Part shown: positions 35,882-48,386 of the stretch, in pieces | Layout: the number at the start of each line of letters is the position of its first letter | How positions within the stretch are numbered: the stretch's first letter is position 1 | Source: Albugo candida | Taxonomy: Eukaryota | NCBI GenBank assembly: GCA_040437565.1 | Contig: JBDOQK010000007.1 | Span: forward strand, 186,001-250,000 | Reading direction: 5' to 3' | Length of the DNA: 64,000 nucleotides | Notes under the pieces: model-generated | The model's database searches: none | Told to the model about the DNA's origin: nothing | What the model saw: only the letters and a program-made list of their open reading frames with translations | Position numbers and translations under genes: made by a program

Positions 35882-38800
35882 CTACTTGGCTCGATACCAA
35901 GAGCGATCAATCTTTGCGTCCACCTGAAGGTCAACCGATAGAGACCGTTCGAATGGGTTTTCCATCAGATCTTTAACAATGATTTTAGCTTGCTCAGCGT
36001 TCACTTCTGGTCCCTCTAAAATGATTTCGTCATGTATTTGGCACACCATCTCCCATCCCATCGAACGCAAATCGGTGTTTTGATTGATACGGAGCATTGC
36101 TTGCATCACAAGATCGGCTGCTGCGCCTTGAATCGGTGTATTCACAGCAGCTCTTTCAGCATGCGACTGAGCCTTTCTAGAAGTGAAGCTGTTTGACTTG
36201 AGCATCGCATCCGGAAGACGTCGATATCGTCCCATCAAAGTCCGCGTATATCCAAATTTGCGGGCGGTATCGATGGCCTGCTCCTGCCATCTCCGTACTT
36301 CTTGTCGGCCTCCGTACCATTTTTCTAAAATCTTGGACGCTTCAACCCGTCGAACACCAAAATCTTTGCTCAATCCGAATGAAGTTTTACCGTACGCAAT
36401 GGAAAAATTCAAGATTTTGGCATTTTTCCGCTCCGTAGCGAACTTTTCCTTCAGCAGCGGGACAGGAGGTGACGGATTCTTTGTGTAATCCCATTCAAGC
36501 AAGACCTCCCCGCTCTCAACAGCTTTTGCAACATGATCATACATCGCCACTGCTGTACGAGAATGAAAGTCACCACCGGCTCGAAAGGCTTCAATCANNN
36601 NNNNNNNNNNNNNNNNNNNNNNNNNNNNNNNNNNNNNNNNNNNNNNNNNNNNNNNNNNNNNNNNNNNNNNNNNNNNNNNNNNNNNNNNNNNNNNNNNACA
36701 CCAAAATCTTTGCTCAATCCGAATGAAGTTTTACCGTACGCAATGGAAAAATTCAAGATTTTGGCATTTTTCCGCTCCGTAGCGAACTTTTCCTTCAGCA
36801 GCGGGACAGGAGGTGACGGATTCTTTGTGTAATCCCATTCAAGCAAGACCTCCCCGCTCTCAACAGCTTTTGCAACATGATCATACATCGCCACTGCTGT
36901 ACGAGAATGAAAGTCACCACCGGCTCGAAAGGCTTCAATCATTGCTTTGCATTGAGTGATGTGGGCCAACAAACGTAACTCGAGCTGAGAATAATCAGCC
37001 ACAATCAACTGTTTACCCCTGGGAGCAACAAATGCATCGCGTATTTTGTAACGATCTTTCTCAAGCGCTGGTTGATTCTGCAGATTAGGCTTCCGTGAAG
37101 ATAGACGACCTGTATCGGTGTTGAGATTCAGTGAGCAATGAACTCTTCCAGCAGGGTCAGCCAGCTCTTGTAGTGGCAATATAAAACTATTCAGCATGGT
37201 GTTGATACTGCTGATTTCGTACAAGGCTCGAAGTGCATGGCAAGCTGCAGCACCCTCTTCCTTGTCCGCGAAATGGTTGTACGCTTTGCCGTATCTGGGT
37301 GGATTTGCTGTCGGCTAATATCATAATCTCGTCAATTCTAAAGGTGGACAGCGAGGATAGAACGTACATTTCCAGCCAATTCTTCCAGCACAGAAGCAGT
37401 CACAGCGGGCAGCCCACTTGCAGTGAAGCTGATTGGAGTGAGTCCAAAGCCACGAATTGTGATATTTCGCTTCTTTTTTGGCTTCTGCTTACCAGGCTCA
37501 ATGTGTTGTTCAGTATTCTCGACCTCGAAACTTCTTTCTGCTGGTAGTATGACTTTTCCATGAGTGTCGCTATAGGGTGCAAACAGCAATTGCTGCTTTT
37601 GTGCTGCACTGTAGACATTAATACGATCAGCTTCCTCGCAGTATCGTTTGACCCAATTCAAAACGTGTCGTTCGAGACGATCACGATCATCCAATGCGGT
37701 CTTTTCAACTCGTTTCAGATATTCTCGATCCACGTGCATCCCTTTTCGTTCGATATCCGTAAGGCATTCTCCGAAAGGAACCAGATACTTGAGATAGAAC
37801 TCATACCTTTTGCAAGAATGGCTCAGAAGATGAGAATTTCTCAGCAACTCACTAAAGCTTACATGGATCGATTGACTTGTTTTCCGGTCAAGACATCTGC
37901 ATCCTCAATCCAATGCGTTCGCTGCAATTTATGACGCAAGACCTACTCAAACCAAATCAAATCGAGCATTTTCGACAGAATGCACTCTTCTCACGCGATG
38001 TAGGAACCAGGTGCTTTCTGCATCAAACACACTGTAACGGATCCATCGCTTTCTAAATTCCGGAAATCGTTGCAAATCCGCGACATTCGATATGACTTTC
38101 TCTTTTCCCGGACTCCCATCCTTTCGTGGCTTTGGAATGCCAAACAGCTCTTTCATGGTCTTTTTTCGCTGAAGCAGTAAATCACTCGTAAGTGCTTGCA
38201 GAGAGTAGCCACCTCTCTTGAATCTTGCTGTATTCCAAAGACGTGCCATATGCATCGTGTCACCATGCAATCCTTTCGCATTGATCCCATGGTTGAATAG
38301 AACGTGTCGATCAAAACTGTAATTGTGCCATACTTTATTCAAGTTAATATCTTCTAAAAAAGCGCTACAAAACCAAACATCAGCCCAATTTGCGAGACAA
38401 GCACACGAATTCGATACCGGAAATACGCGAGCGTTCCCTCGGCGTTGTCTAGATTGTCCACCCAGATGTAGGGACCATTTCCATAATTCACACCAGGTCC
38501 ACTGTAGATTGACAAGCACGTGACCTAGAGTGTTACACCACTCAACATAGAATTACTTCCAGAAAGCAAGTTTTAAGTTAGTAGCACACTTACTTTTCCG
38601 TTCCCAACGGGTCCGACTGATTTGACATCGATATCAGCCACTTCGGTATCGCAAGCGTGAACATGATCTGGTCCAAGTGCGTAGATTTGTTGTATCACTC
38701 TGTCTGCAGTTTGTTTGTCTTGCACGAGATTCACAGGCCAGTGGTCTGCATCGGCTTCGGTAAGGCCATGAAGTAAGTGAGACTCGATCTCTTCCGAGGT

Positions 38801-39013
38801 TGTATAGTTCAACGGTATACTGCTCCGATATCGTTTTGATATGTCACAAATTTGATGAAAATACGGGTGTAATAGAGTTAATCCCTTTGGTGGGTGTCGA
38901 TCAGTTAGGTTAAATGTGCTGAATCGGAATGGAATTTTCGGTCTGGTGTGAATGGAACGTCGTAATGAGCTCGTTATTCGCAAGAATTGTATAGTGCATT
39001 TATGTCGCTTCAT
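35882..39013 (-). CDS. POP: Family A organellar DNA polymerase (POP type) with 3'-5' exonuclease; multi-exon
   Basis: ExoI ACDTEV, KVWHNYSFDRH, DTMHMARLW, TGRLSSRKPNLQNQPALEKDRYKIR, motif A ADYSQLELR, motif B RKNAKILNFSIAYG, motif C QIHDE; basic N-terminal presequence. 244 bp is duplicated across gap 36598-36697. Confidence 0.93.
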
Positions 39014-39810
39014 TTTTTGGTCTAACAGTTAATACCGATACAATAACGTCAAATTGATCATAATACTGGGCCTACGTCTGATGCCGACGCGAGGATTATT
39101 GCTAGATGAAGATGTGTATGCGTAAGTCTTCGTTTAATCGCAACAGAATTGCCAATCACAGTCGAAGGGTCAATCGTAGCTAACTGTATGGGATTTCATT
39201 CAATGATCTTTTCGTTTTGTTCTACTTGGTAGATCACGAGGCAAATCAGGCGAGTAGCAAACTTGTAGATCTCAACAAGGTAGTGAAAGAAACTTGGTTA
39301 CGGATGTGTCGGTAATGAGATACAGAAAGTGGAAGCGTCGCGTAGCAATGCCCAATATTCTTTGTTTTTGTCTTATGTATTTACATATGAAGCGCGGAAT
39401 CGCGATCCTTAGTTGAATGGTTGCAATCCTGCACGTCAATATGATCCGTACAGCTGCTAGAAACGTGGAAATATATCTGATAGATTCACAAAATATCGCA
39501 TGTTGGTCGTAATATTGTCGATCTCAACTCACAAAACAACACAAAGGTCCACAAAAGCGCTCCCACTCTCGCTCCATGTCAAACCTGGGAGATTTTATAG
39601 ACCGGATGGTCCGCCCTTCCAAACACACTCAAAAGCCGTATTTACATCCTCTAATATACAATACTCAAAATATAGTCAAAATATCGATCTGACACATAGT
39701 AGTACACAGGATGATTATCTCGTTCGATTGCCAGCGAGAAATCCATTCCATTCTCTGTAGTAATCACTCGTACATACAGTCATTGCGAATTGTTCACTCA
39801 CACTCTTCCC

Positions 39811-41940
39811 ATGCGGTCTACAAATCTGAATTCTTTTCGGTCTGCAAGCGATATCTCTGATCGCTCGTCTTTTGCTTCAGAAGTGAAGGTTAGAAACAAC
39901 AACAAGCGACAAATATGCCTCGCATACATTCTGCTAATAGCTGCAGCGATAATCATTTTCATCGGAATTTTATACAGCACAGTATTACCGAATGTAATCA
40001 ATAAGAAAATCAGTAATGGTGTCACTTATTGCAGCACGAAGGATCTTAAGGAAAACTACAAAGACCTGCACGGCGATTGTGATGGCTGTGTTCCATACTA
40101 TGCATCGTATTATCCAATGAACGTCACGAATGCGCGAGCATTTCTTCTGCAAGGAGCTACACTGAAGGTGCAGGAGCTAGGGCCTTATGTGTACAGACGA
40201 TATACCAAGAAAATCAACATCACAATGGCTGGTAATCGTGTCAAATATAAAACCTACAGCTTCCATCAGTTTCAAGAAAACATGAGTTGTGCTAATTGCA
40301 AAGAAGACGATGTGATAATAGGAATGGATGCTGGATACCTTCGCGTGATTGCAGAAGCTGGTGGTGAGACCAGATTCCTGATGAAGGTGCTTGAAAGCTG
40401 TCCATTTAGTGCGTCATTGTCGCAATCGCAGATCCATCAGATCATCGTCGACAATGGATCTCAGATGCTTCGCTTTTTGAATGGGTTGAATTCCTTAGTT
40501 CCGTCTGCAATGAGCCTCGTTTCTAAGCACATTATGGAGTTCATGCTGATGGGTCCAAGAGCGATAGCGCACTTGGACTTGGACGCATTACATTTTAATG
40601 GAGTGTTAGTCACTAGGAGCGTGCGCGAATGGGCTATCGGGTATCCAAGCTTCATTGCAGGCATGGTACTTGGATCCTCTCACCTCCACTGCCAAAAGAA
40701 CAATTTTGATCAAAAATGCGCTGATTGTGCCAGTAGCTTTAACCATAGCTCAAAGTGTCAGGCGCTTCGAAGGGATTGCAGAAGGTGCAAAACAGCTGCA
40801 GCTATGATACTTTTAAGCGAGCAAACTTGTAAACAAGTTGAATCGAGAGCAGCAAAGGTACTAGTAGCAGTCGACGCAAAGTCACTTGCAAGCACAACAT
40901 GTGGTGTGTGTGCGAGTTATGGACTTTGTGCGGCTCCATTGCCTGGTGCTGTGGAAAGCTCTGGTATAGACTGGTCAAAACAACCACCCCCTGATCAAAT
41001 TCTGGATTATCACATTCAACGCACGGGTTGCGATGATAAGGATCACATCGGTGAGTATGAGCAATTTGATGGGTATACAAAGTACCCACTATGGGCTGGT
41101 GTGAGCTCCTCACGGAGAAATCCAAATTTGAACGAATTATCGTCTTTTGGCATATACGCAGATTGCGGGTCTCCAACAAAAAATTTGACGTGCGCCAATG
41201 TATTTGGTGGAGATGGGACGAGCATGCGTCCAGCGCTTACTTCGATTACTGGCTTAGCAGACACGCTCACGCATCCTTCCATGGAGCTTTATCTAAGTCA
41301 AGTAAAGCAGAACGTGACATTGTTCGACACGAAACAGTCGAAAGCGATCAAAGGCATCTCACTTGTTCGTATGAAACCCAGCAACGACTTGCTCAATTTC
41401 ACAAGTAATCGTAAGGGTACGGGAGTGCCCTACGATGGAGTGCAGAACTTGGGTTTTGTTGCTGGGTTCTTGGCCTTTGTATCATACCCTGTCTTTGCAT
41501 ATGGAGATTCCAGGCTACTCGATAATGTGGAAATCACTCTTCATGACGGTGTTGTAGCCACACAAGATTCTTTGTACGGGGATGATAATGAATTGCTCCC
41601 GCAGTATGCCAACATGTACTCTACGTATCTGGACGTCGAGCCTACTACCGGTAAGACACTTGACGCGCGGAAACGTTTGATGGTCAGCTATGCTATTTCC
41701 AAATCCCCTTCCAATGACTCGGCTTCCATGTTCGATGTCTTATGGCCAGATATACCTACCAATGTCATTTATCCAGTTTTCTGGGCAGAGGAACGGCCAA
41801 TGATGACGAACAGACTTGCGTCCTCGTTCACGCGGATGCGGAAGTTGGCTGCATCGTTCCTTCCCGTCCTCTTCATTTCCACCATTGCAGGCATTTCCAT
41901 ATTCGTTGGTGGTGTGCTGATCTTGCGCCGCGCACTATAA
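39811..41940 (+). CDS. CD36/croquemort-like scavenger receptor family protein (oomycete M82-like), intronless
   Basis: N- and C-terminal TM helices, NVTN...VQELGPYVY, G.DGT, YLDVEPTTGKTL, YPVFWAEE; Cys-rich insertion. Confidence 0.85.
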   Translation: MRSTNLNSFRSASDISDRSSFASEVKVRNNNKRQICLAYILLIAAAIIIFIGILYSTVLPNVINKKISNGVTYCSTKDLKENYKDLHGDCDGCVPYYASYYPMNVTNARAFLLQGATLKVQELGPYVYRRYTKKINITMAGNRVKYKTYSFHQFQENMSCANCKEDDVIIGMDAGYLRVIAEAGGETRFLMKVLESCPFSASLSQSQIHQIIVDNGSQMLRFLNGLNSLVPSAMSLVSKHIMEFMLMGPRAIAHLDLDALHFNGVLVTRSVREWAIGYPSFIAGMVLGSSHLHCQKNNFDQKCADCASSFNHSSKCQALRRDCRRCKTAAAMILLSEQTCKQVESRAAKVLVAVDAKSLASTTCGVCASYGLCAAPLPGAVESSGIDWSKQPPPDQILDYHIQRTGCDDKDHIGEYEQFDGYTKYPLWAGVSSSRRNPNLNELSSFGIYADCGSPTKNLTCANVFGGDGTSMRPALTSITGLADTLTHPSMELYLSQVKQNVTLFDTKQSKAIKGISLVRMKPSNDLLNFTSNRKGTGVPYDGVQNLGFVAGFLAFVSYPVFAYGDSRLLDNVEITLHDGVVATQDSLYGDDNELLPQYANMYSTYLDVEPTTGKTLDARKRLMVSYAISKSPSNDSASMFDVLWPDIPTNVIYPVFWAEERPMMTNRLASSFTRMRKLAASFLPVLFISTIAGISIFVGGVLILRRAL

Positions 41941-42006
41941 TTTGAAAGCTGATCTGTGAGCCAACAAGTAGAAGATTATACGTATACGACTATATTCAGC
42001 ACTGGA

Positions 42007-43225
42007 CTATATTATACTACAAACTTGGGCATTTGCTACCTCCTCTTCTTTGATCCGTTGCTCAAGAAAATCGACTAGGTCCCATGCCGGAAGCCGTGGA
42101 GGAACAGTCTCCGGATGCAACTCTGGAAATTCATTCTGTATGATTCTGGAGATCTCCTTGTAAATATAAAAATTTCCCGAAGCTGAGAAGTGAAGGCCAT
42201 CAGAGTAAAGTGATCGACGTTCTGATTTTTCAATTGCGTTGATAGACTCGAAAGCATCCATAACAAGGATGTTTTTGTTTGTTTTTCTGAATTCCTCACC
42301 GACTTGCTTGCAAGTTTCAGCATATCGACCTGTTTCTTCATTAGAGCGATCCAGTTTGCCTGGTACTGGAAGTAAGGAAGCCCGCATGTCGTCAATCACT
42401 GCAGGTGGAGTAATTAGAAGAACTCTGGCCTTCTCGTTGATTTTAAGCAGCGAATTTATGAGGATGCCCAGATTCTCCCGATACTCTGGTAGAGGCACAT
42501 GCTGTTCTTTCGCTGGCCCATCAATTAGTGCAGCATCGTTGGCCCCCAGCCACAATGTAAAGAGTTCTGGTTTTATGGCTGTGAAATCATCCTTAAGTAT
42601 GGGGATCACATGCTCTTTGTACTGCCTAAACAAACATCAAAATCTGTGGATCTTGCTCAAATAAAAAGCAATCAGATGTATATATTACTTTGTTGTGTAT
42701 CCAGAGAAGCCGCGATTGTATATATCCATACTACGTACATAGTCATTAGCAAGAAAGCACATGAAGCCTCCTGATGTCGGATTTGCGGCGAATTGCGTCA
42801 GGGNNNNNNNNNNNNNNNNNNNNNNNNNNNNNNNNNNNNNNNNNNNNNNNNNNNNNNNNNNNNNNNNNNNNNNNNNNNNNNNNNNNNNNNNNNNNNNNNN
42901 NNNCTGGCCCATCAATTAGTGCAGCATCGTTGGCCCCCAGCCACAATGTAAAGAGTTCTGGTTTTATGGTTGTGAAATCATCCTTAAGTATGGGGATCAC
43001 ATGCTCTTTGTACTGCCTAAACAAACATCAAAATCTGTGGATCTTGCTCAAATAAAAAGCAATCAGATGTATATATTACTTTGTTGTGTATCCAGAGAAG
43101 CCGCGATTGTATATATCCATACTACGTACATAGTCATTAGCAAGAAAGCACATGAAGCCTCCTGATGTCGGATTTGCGGCGAATTGCGTCAGGGAATCGC
43201 CACATAAGGCGATGCAGGGACGCAT
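42007..43225 (-). CDS. IAH1: GDSL/SGNH esterase, IAH1-like; 2 exons, partly duplicated across a gap
   Basis: GDSLTQ, NRGFSGYTT, LGANDA, QHVPLPEY, LITPP, SDGLHFS. 291 bp is duplicated across gap 42804-42903. Confidence 0.9.
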
Positions 43226-43770
43226 TGGATTGTATCTTATTCAGAATTTGCACGGGATAATAGTGTGGGCCACCTGAAAATCCCTTTGGAGCAAAAGTTG
43301 CATCAGGCAGATCAACGCAATGGTATGAAGGATTCTACGGATATTGATGTGCCAGACCAATTGGGTTGGACGAAGCATTACGTCTTTCATTCACAAGAGG
43401 AAAAGCTACCTGACGTCATGTTGTCATGTGATAAAAGTGGTATGACGTCACGTCAAAGTGCTTGCATGATGTACGGGAATGAAGAGGAGTATCGTTCAAC
43501 GTGCGTGCTGAAAGCAGAGACTGAAGGTAATAGCACTACTCAAGTCTTGCTTTTTTCGTTAGATGCAACATTGCTGCTTCTTCTATGTACCACGCTGGCA
43601 TTCCGCGAATACAGATGAATATGAGGTCACAACTCGGTCTGTCGCGTTCCACTTGGACGGCCAGAGCACGCTGTTGGTAGCATACAGGAAGCTCTCATAA
43701 AGACATGTATATAAGTATACATGTATGTGGTATAATTTCTTCTCTATTAGCTGAAGGAATCAGAATAGAC

Positions 43771-44568
43771 TTATATTTGAAGCTGTACAATTCTGCGACA
43801 TCGCAGTTTTGAGCTCTTCATGACCGCTTTGAAACTTTCTTTCAACTGCTCTTGCGATAGAGCGCTTGCATAGCCTCCTTTTACGATGTCTAGAACATGC
43901 TGACGTAGTAATTTGTACTCCATCTGTTGATCTTTAGATGTTTTCAAAATTCTACGAATTAGTTTGAGCCACGGAATTGGTATAGCCTTTTGATCGCTCT
44001 TCTTCTTCTTTGCATCTCCGTCATTTATTTCTCGAATTAGACAGGTTTCCGTCTTGCTCGTTGTGGCGTCATTGCTAGCTCCATTGATCTCTACATTTTT
44101 GACTGACGAATGTGTAGCCTTTTCGGCAATCTTCTTATCAGCTTTAAATTGCTGCTCGTATATCTCGAAGATCTTCTCCACCATCACGATATCTGAAAGC
44201 GCGAGACTATTCCGTAAAAAGTTGATAAATTTTGCCTTTTTCCGTGGAACGTTATCATACGCAGCGATTTTATTCAGTAATTGTGCTTTGGCGGACTTAT
44301 CCGTCGTGTGCGCCGCTACATGTGATACTACCTCCATCCATCGCTCTTGAGGACTCTGTTTCTTCTTCGATTTATCTCGATATAAGGCACCTTCATACTT
44401 TTGAGCTTCAGAGACGCAACTTGTGTGAGCTGTATAAGAGTTTCCTTTGAACAACTCGTTGCAGTCAACGCAACTCACAGCCCAGAAAGCACGACACCGT
44501 GACGCATGCACCTCAACTTTATTCTTTTTGAGCGTTTCGTTGCAAACTTCACACACAAAGTAGACCAT
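43771..44568 (-). CDS. LYAR: LYAR-type C2HC zinc-finger nucleolar protein
   Basis: MVYFVCEVCNETLKKNKVEVHASRC...SCVDC...HTSCVSEAQKY; NVPRKKAKFINFL. Confidence 0.9.
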   Translation of the reverse strand: MVYFVCEVCNETLKKNKVEVHASRCRAFWAVSCVDCNELFKGNSYTAHTSCVSEAQKYEGALYRDKSKKKQSPQERWMEVVSHVAAHTTDKSAKAQLLNKIAAYDNVPRKKAKFINFLRNSLALSDIVMVEKIFEIYEQQFKADKKIAEKATHSSVKNVEINGASNDATTSKTETCLIREINDGDAKKKKSDQKAIPIPWLKLIRRILKTSKDQQMEYKLLRQHVLDIVKGGYASALSQEQLKESFKAVMKSSKLRCRRIVQLQI

Positions 44569-44951
44569 CTCAGAACAGTACTTCAAAAGTCTAGAGCCAC
44601 CCAACCTGATCCTGATTCTGATTCTAATTCGTAGAGCTTATTTACTCATATGAACAGTGAAATCACAATGACAAACATAATCTTTTGTATCTAACCACGA
44701 TGATAATTTTCTTCCTATTCTGAACGGCTGTATATATTGCATTCGAAATTGACTTTGTACCGTGTAAGTAATGCAGCATTCCACAGCTTCCGTGGAAGAC
44801 CAGACTGTAGCTAATGTGCTAGATAGAACAGACTGAAGAGAATAATTTCAGGAAGAATCTTGTGACTGCACAAACAGTTGCGGAAATACGATAGAAATTG
44901 CTACTCTTTTTCTACCAATAAAGCTGCCATTTCGAAATTAGAAAGAAGAGC

Positions 44952-45390
44952 ATGAGCACCGTTTGTACCATCGAAAGCGTTGACCAATTTAAAAGCCTCG
45001 TAAAACGAGACAAAATCACTGCTATCCAAATATCTTTGGAAGCGTGTGGGGGATGTAAACAAACAGCTCCCACATTTTCCAAGTTAGCTGGTGAACTAAC
45101 GAATGCTGTAAGAAATATCTCTACATCCTTTCTTGCGGTATTTCCCATTCTCTTCTACAGGAATTTTACAAGATGTCCGGCGATGACTTTGAAGACTTTA
45201 TGGAAGAGATCGATGTGCAGGGATATCCTAATTTTCGCGTCTATCGCAACAATGAATTGCTACTAAATTATGTTGGCTCCAAATCCGATAAGGTAGACGA
45301 TCTTGCTCGCTAGAATTGCAACTCAAATATGAATCTCTCATATCCCGGCAGGTTGAAGCGCAAATTAAGGAAGCCGTCTCCAAGGCGTAA
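44952..45390 (+). CDS. Thioredoxin-like protein with ACGGC active site; 3 exons
   Basis: IESVDQF, ACGGCKQTAPTF; spliced exons EFYKMSGDDFEDFMEEIDVQGYPNFRVY...YVGSKSDK|VEAQIKEAVSKA*. Confidence 0.85.
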
Positions 45391-45551
45391 TGCATGCATT
45401 TTCAATAAAGTAGCCGAAAGAAAAAATCACTTCTTTTCGATTGTGTAAAAGACGTACACTCTGTCACTTCAACTTGACTTTATTTGTTCATTTACAGCTG
45501 TAAAGCGAGTGGACTCTCCGCAAAAAAGCGCCTTGCGTGACTCACTGACAT

Positions 45552-47782
45552 CTATTTTTTCTGCACAGCATCTCTGAAGCATTGTATTAGTTCTGGTACG
45601 ATTTCGGCGTTCACCATTGTTGACGTGTCTCCCAGTTGCCCTTCTTCTCCTGCCGCAATTTTACGCAGCAAACGACGAATTATTTTACCGCTTCGAGTTT
45701 TTGGAAGAGCGGACGGGTAAACGATCAAATCAGGCGTTGCGAATGGTCCGATTGCGATGCGAACCTCAAGTCATGCGAAATTGTGAGGCGGAATGTGAAT
45801 TTGGCAAAACGCGCGATATACCTGCTGCATAAGCTCTGTTGTCACTTCTATGGAAGGCTTGGATGCACCAACAAGTACCACATAGCAACAAATTCCTTCT
45901 CCCTTGATCGCATGAGGAACCCTAGCGACGCCAGTTAGACCACACGTCCAAACAAGCAGCAACACAAAGACATACCCAACGACTGCAGCTTCGGCAACGA
46001 TATTGTGGGTGGCAAGTGCGCCTTCTACCTCAGCTGTACCAATTCGATGACCAGAGGTTGAAAGAACGTCTGTATCGAGAGTTAGTATTCAGCGGAAGGA
46101 AAGCGCTCAAACATACCGTCAATACGACCCGTAATGGAATAGTACCCATCCTTATCGCGCTTGGCTCCATCTCCAGTGAAATAAAAGCCATTGTGAGACG
46201 TCATGTACACCGATTGATATCGCCAATGATCTCCGTATACTGTTCTAGCAAGCCCAGGCCAAGGTTTCTTGATGAACAGCTGCCCTTCCACATCATTTTC
46301 CTCTAGTATATTTCCATTTGAATCGATTAAAACAAACTCGATGCCGAAAAAAGGCTTCCCACAAGAGCCAGGCTTCATCAGAGTCACACCAGGAAGGCCA
46401 ACTCCTACATGACCACCGGTTTCCGTTTGCCAATAAGTGTCAGTAATATAGCAGCTACCCTTCCCAACCACGTCAAAATACCATTTCCATGCCTCTGGAT
46501 TGATCGGTTCTCCAACACTTCCGAGAACTTTAAGACTTGACAAGTCGTAATCTTTGATGTTGTCACTCCCGCAAGCCATCAGGGAACGGATCGCAGTGGG
46601 AGCTGTGTAAAACTTTGTAACTCTGTGCCGTTGAATCAGATCCCAGTACCGACAATGATCGGGGAACATTGGAGTACTTTCAAAGAGCACCGTTGTAGTT
46701 CCATTGCATAAGGTTCCATATATGTTGTAAGTATGTCCAGTGATCCAACCACAATCAGCCATGCACCCAAAAACGTCATTTTCTTGGAGATCAAATGTAT
46801 ATTTCGCGGTCAACATTGAATAAAGCAGATAACCTGCAGTAGAGTGAGCTACACCCTTTGGCGAGCCCGTTGATCCCGACGTGTAGAGTATGAAAAGAAG
46901 GTCCTCACTATCCATCCACTCGGCGGGACAATACGGACGAAATCGCGAAAGGTTGATTGTCATATCGACATCTTTTGGCGGTACTATTGGAATGTTTGGG
47001 TTATTAGTTCGTCTAAATACAAAGACATTCTCGACAAAGTCGAGGCCACTGATTGCACGATCCACGACCTGTTTCAATGGAAGTATTCTTCCTCCTCTTT
47101 TACCTTCATCACTTGTGAAAATCCACTGACAGACGCAACGAAAAACCTATGTCAAGCACATTCTCTCATAGTAATGCGAGATCCTTACCTTACAACGCGC
47201 GTCCTGAATCCGATCCCGTAAGGAATCAGATGAAAATCCGGCAAAAACGACGCTGATGACAAGTACCATTAGCATTCAACCATCCATCGAGGTACATTCG
47301 AACCTGTGGACCGCTCCTATCCGCGTGCAAGCGAGCATCACAGAAGCTATCTCAGGTATCATAGGCATGTAAATGGCAACAGTGTCTCCTTTCCGCACAC
47401 CAAAATGCTTCATCAAGTTGGCCACACGACAAGTCTCTCGTAAAAGCTCACGAAATGAGATCGATCGTCCTGTTCCAATATCATCTGCTTCCCAAATGAT
47501 TGCGGTTTTCTCATCCTTCCCCTTGAGAACATGACGGTCGATGCAATTATAACTAACGTTTAGCTTTCCATTGAGAAACCAGGCCACATCTCCAGAAGCA
47601 AGGGATCCTGAAGAGACATGATCAAATGGATGGAACCATGAAAGGTGTTTTCTTGCGCAAGATCCCCAAAACTCGTCAGGATTCTCAATGGAATCCTTAT
47701 AAAGTTGATCGTAATGTTCGGGGCCGTTTATATGTGCTTGTGGTGCAGCACGTTTAATTACGGGGAACACTTCAGTAGCCAT
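45552..47782 (-). CDS. ACS: Acetyl-CoA synthetase (AMP-forming); multi-exon
   Basis: [80 protein letters not shown]. Confidence 0.96.
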
Positions 47783-48386
47783 TATCTGCTGATTGAGTAG
47801 TAAAAATTGATTAAATTCTGTCGAATCGTTTGACTGCGATCGACTATAATAGTGAGAAAAAGGCGGCTTTGTGTCTGAACACAATATCGCAATTATTGCT
47901 GCAGATATATTAGGACAAAGTGCTTTTGATTGCGCTTCCTACGAGTTGAATGGACTCGACGGAGTCACTGATTGTGAAAGCTAAGACAAGTAACAGTAAA
48001 ATGCACTGAGGAAGAATCATATAATCAATCGTGAGGCAGCGTTTTGACTTTGACGCCGTCGTCATTGCTGCAACTTTAACCTCGATGTGGATGAAATACT
48101 TTCGGCTCAAGGACAGAACATTTGTGTGCATAAAGTCAAGAAGCTCAATTTGTGCTCTGCATCTCTGTTTGGAGGGGCATGCGCAGTAATGCTCAGGTAT
48201 CATCAATGAATAGTCTCAAAACTGATTCCAAAATGCGGTGTCAGGCACGCAGACCGGCAACGTCATATAAGCGCATGTGCATCTCANNNNNNNNNNNNNN
48301 NNNNNNNNNNNNNNNNNNNNNNNNNNNNNNNNNNNNNNNNNNNNNNNNNNNNNNNNNNNNNNNNNNNNNNNNNNNNNNNNNNNNNN

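Noticed and set aside
36354-36941. Duplicated polymerase motif B region
   Set aside because: 244-bp overlap across a gap; merging it yields one normal POP gene.
35882-39013. Bacterial polA contamination or recent HGT
   Set aside because: It has spliceosomal introns, a presequence and POP-specific motifs, and lacks a 5'-3' exonuclease domain.
43265-43618. 117-aa plus-strand ORF between IAH1 and LYAR
   Set aside because: GTG start and no motifs; probably promoter or UTR sequence.
43703-43725. Short palindrome acatgtat...atacatgt downstream of LYAR
   Set aside because: An 8-bp AT-rich stem is compatible with chance.
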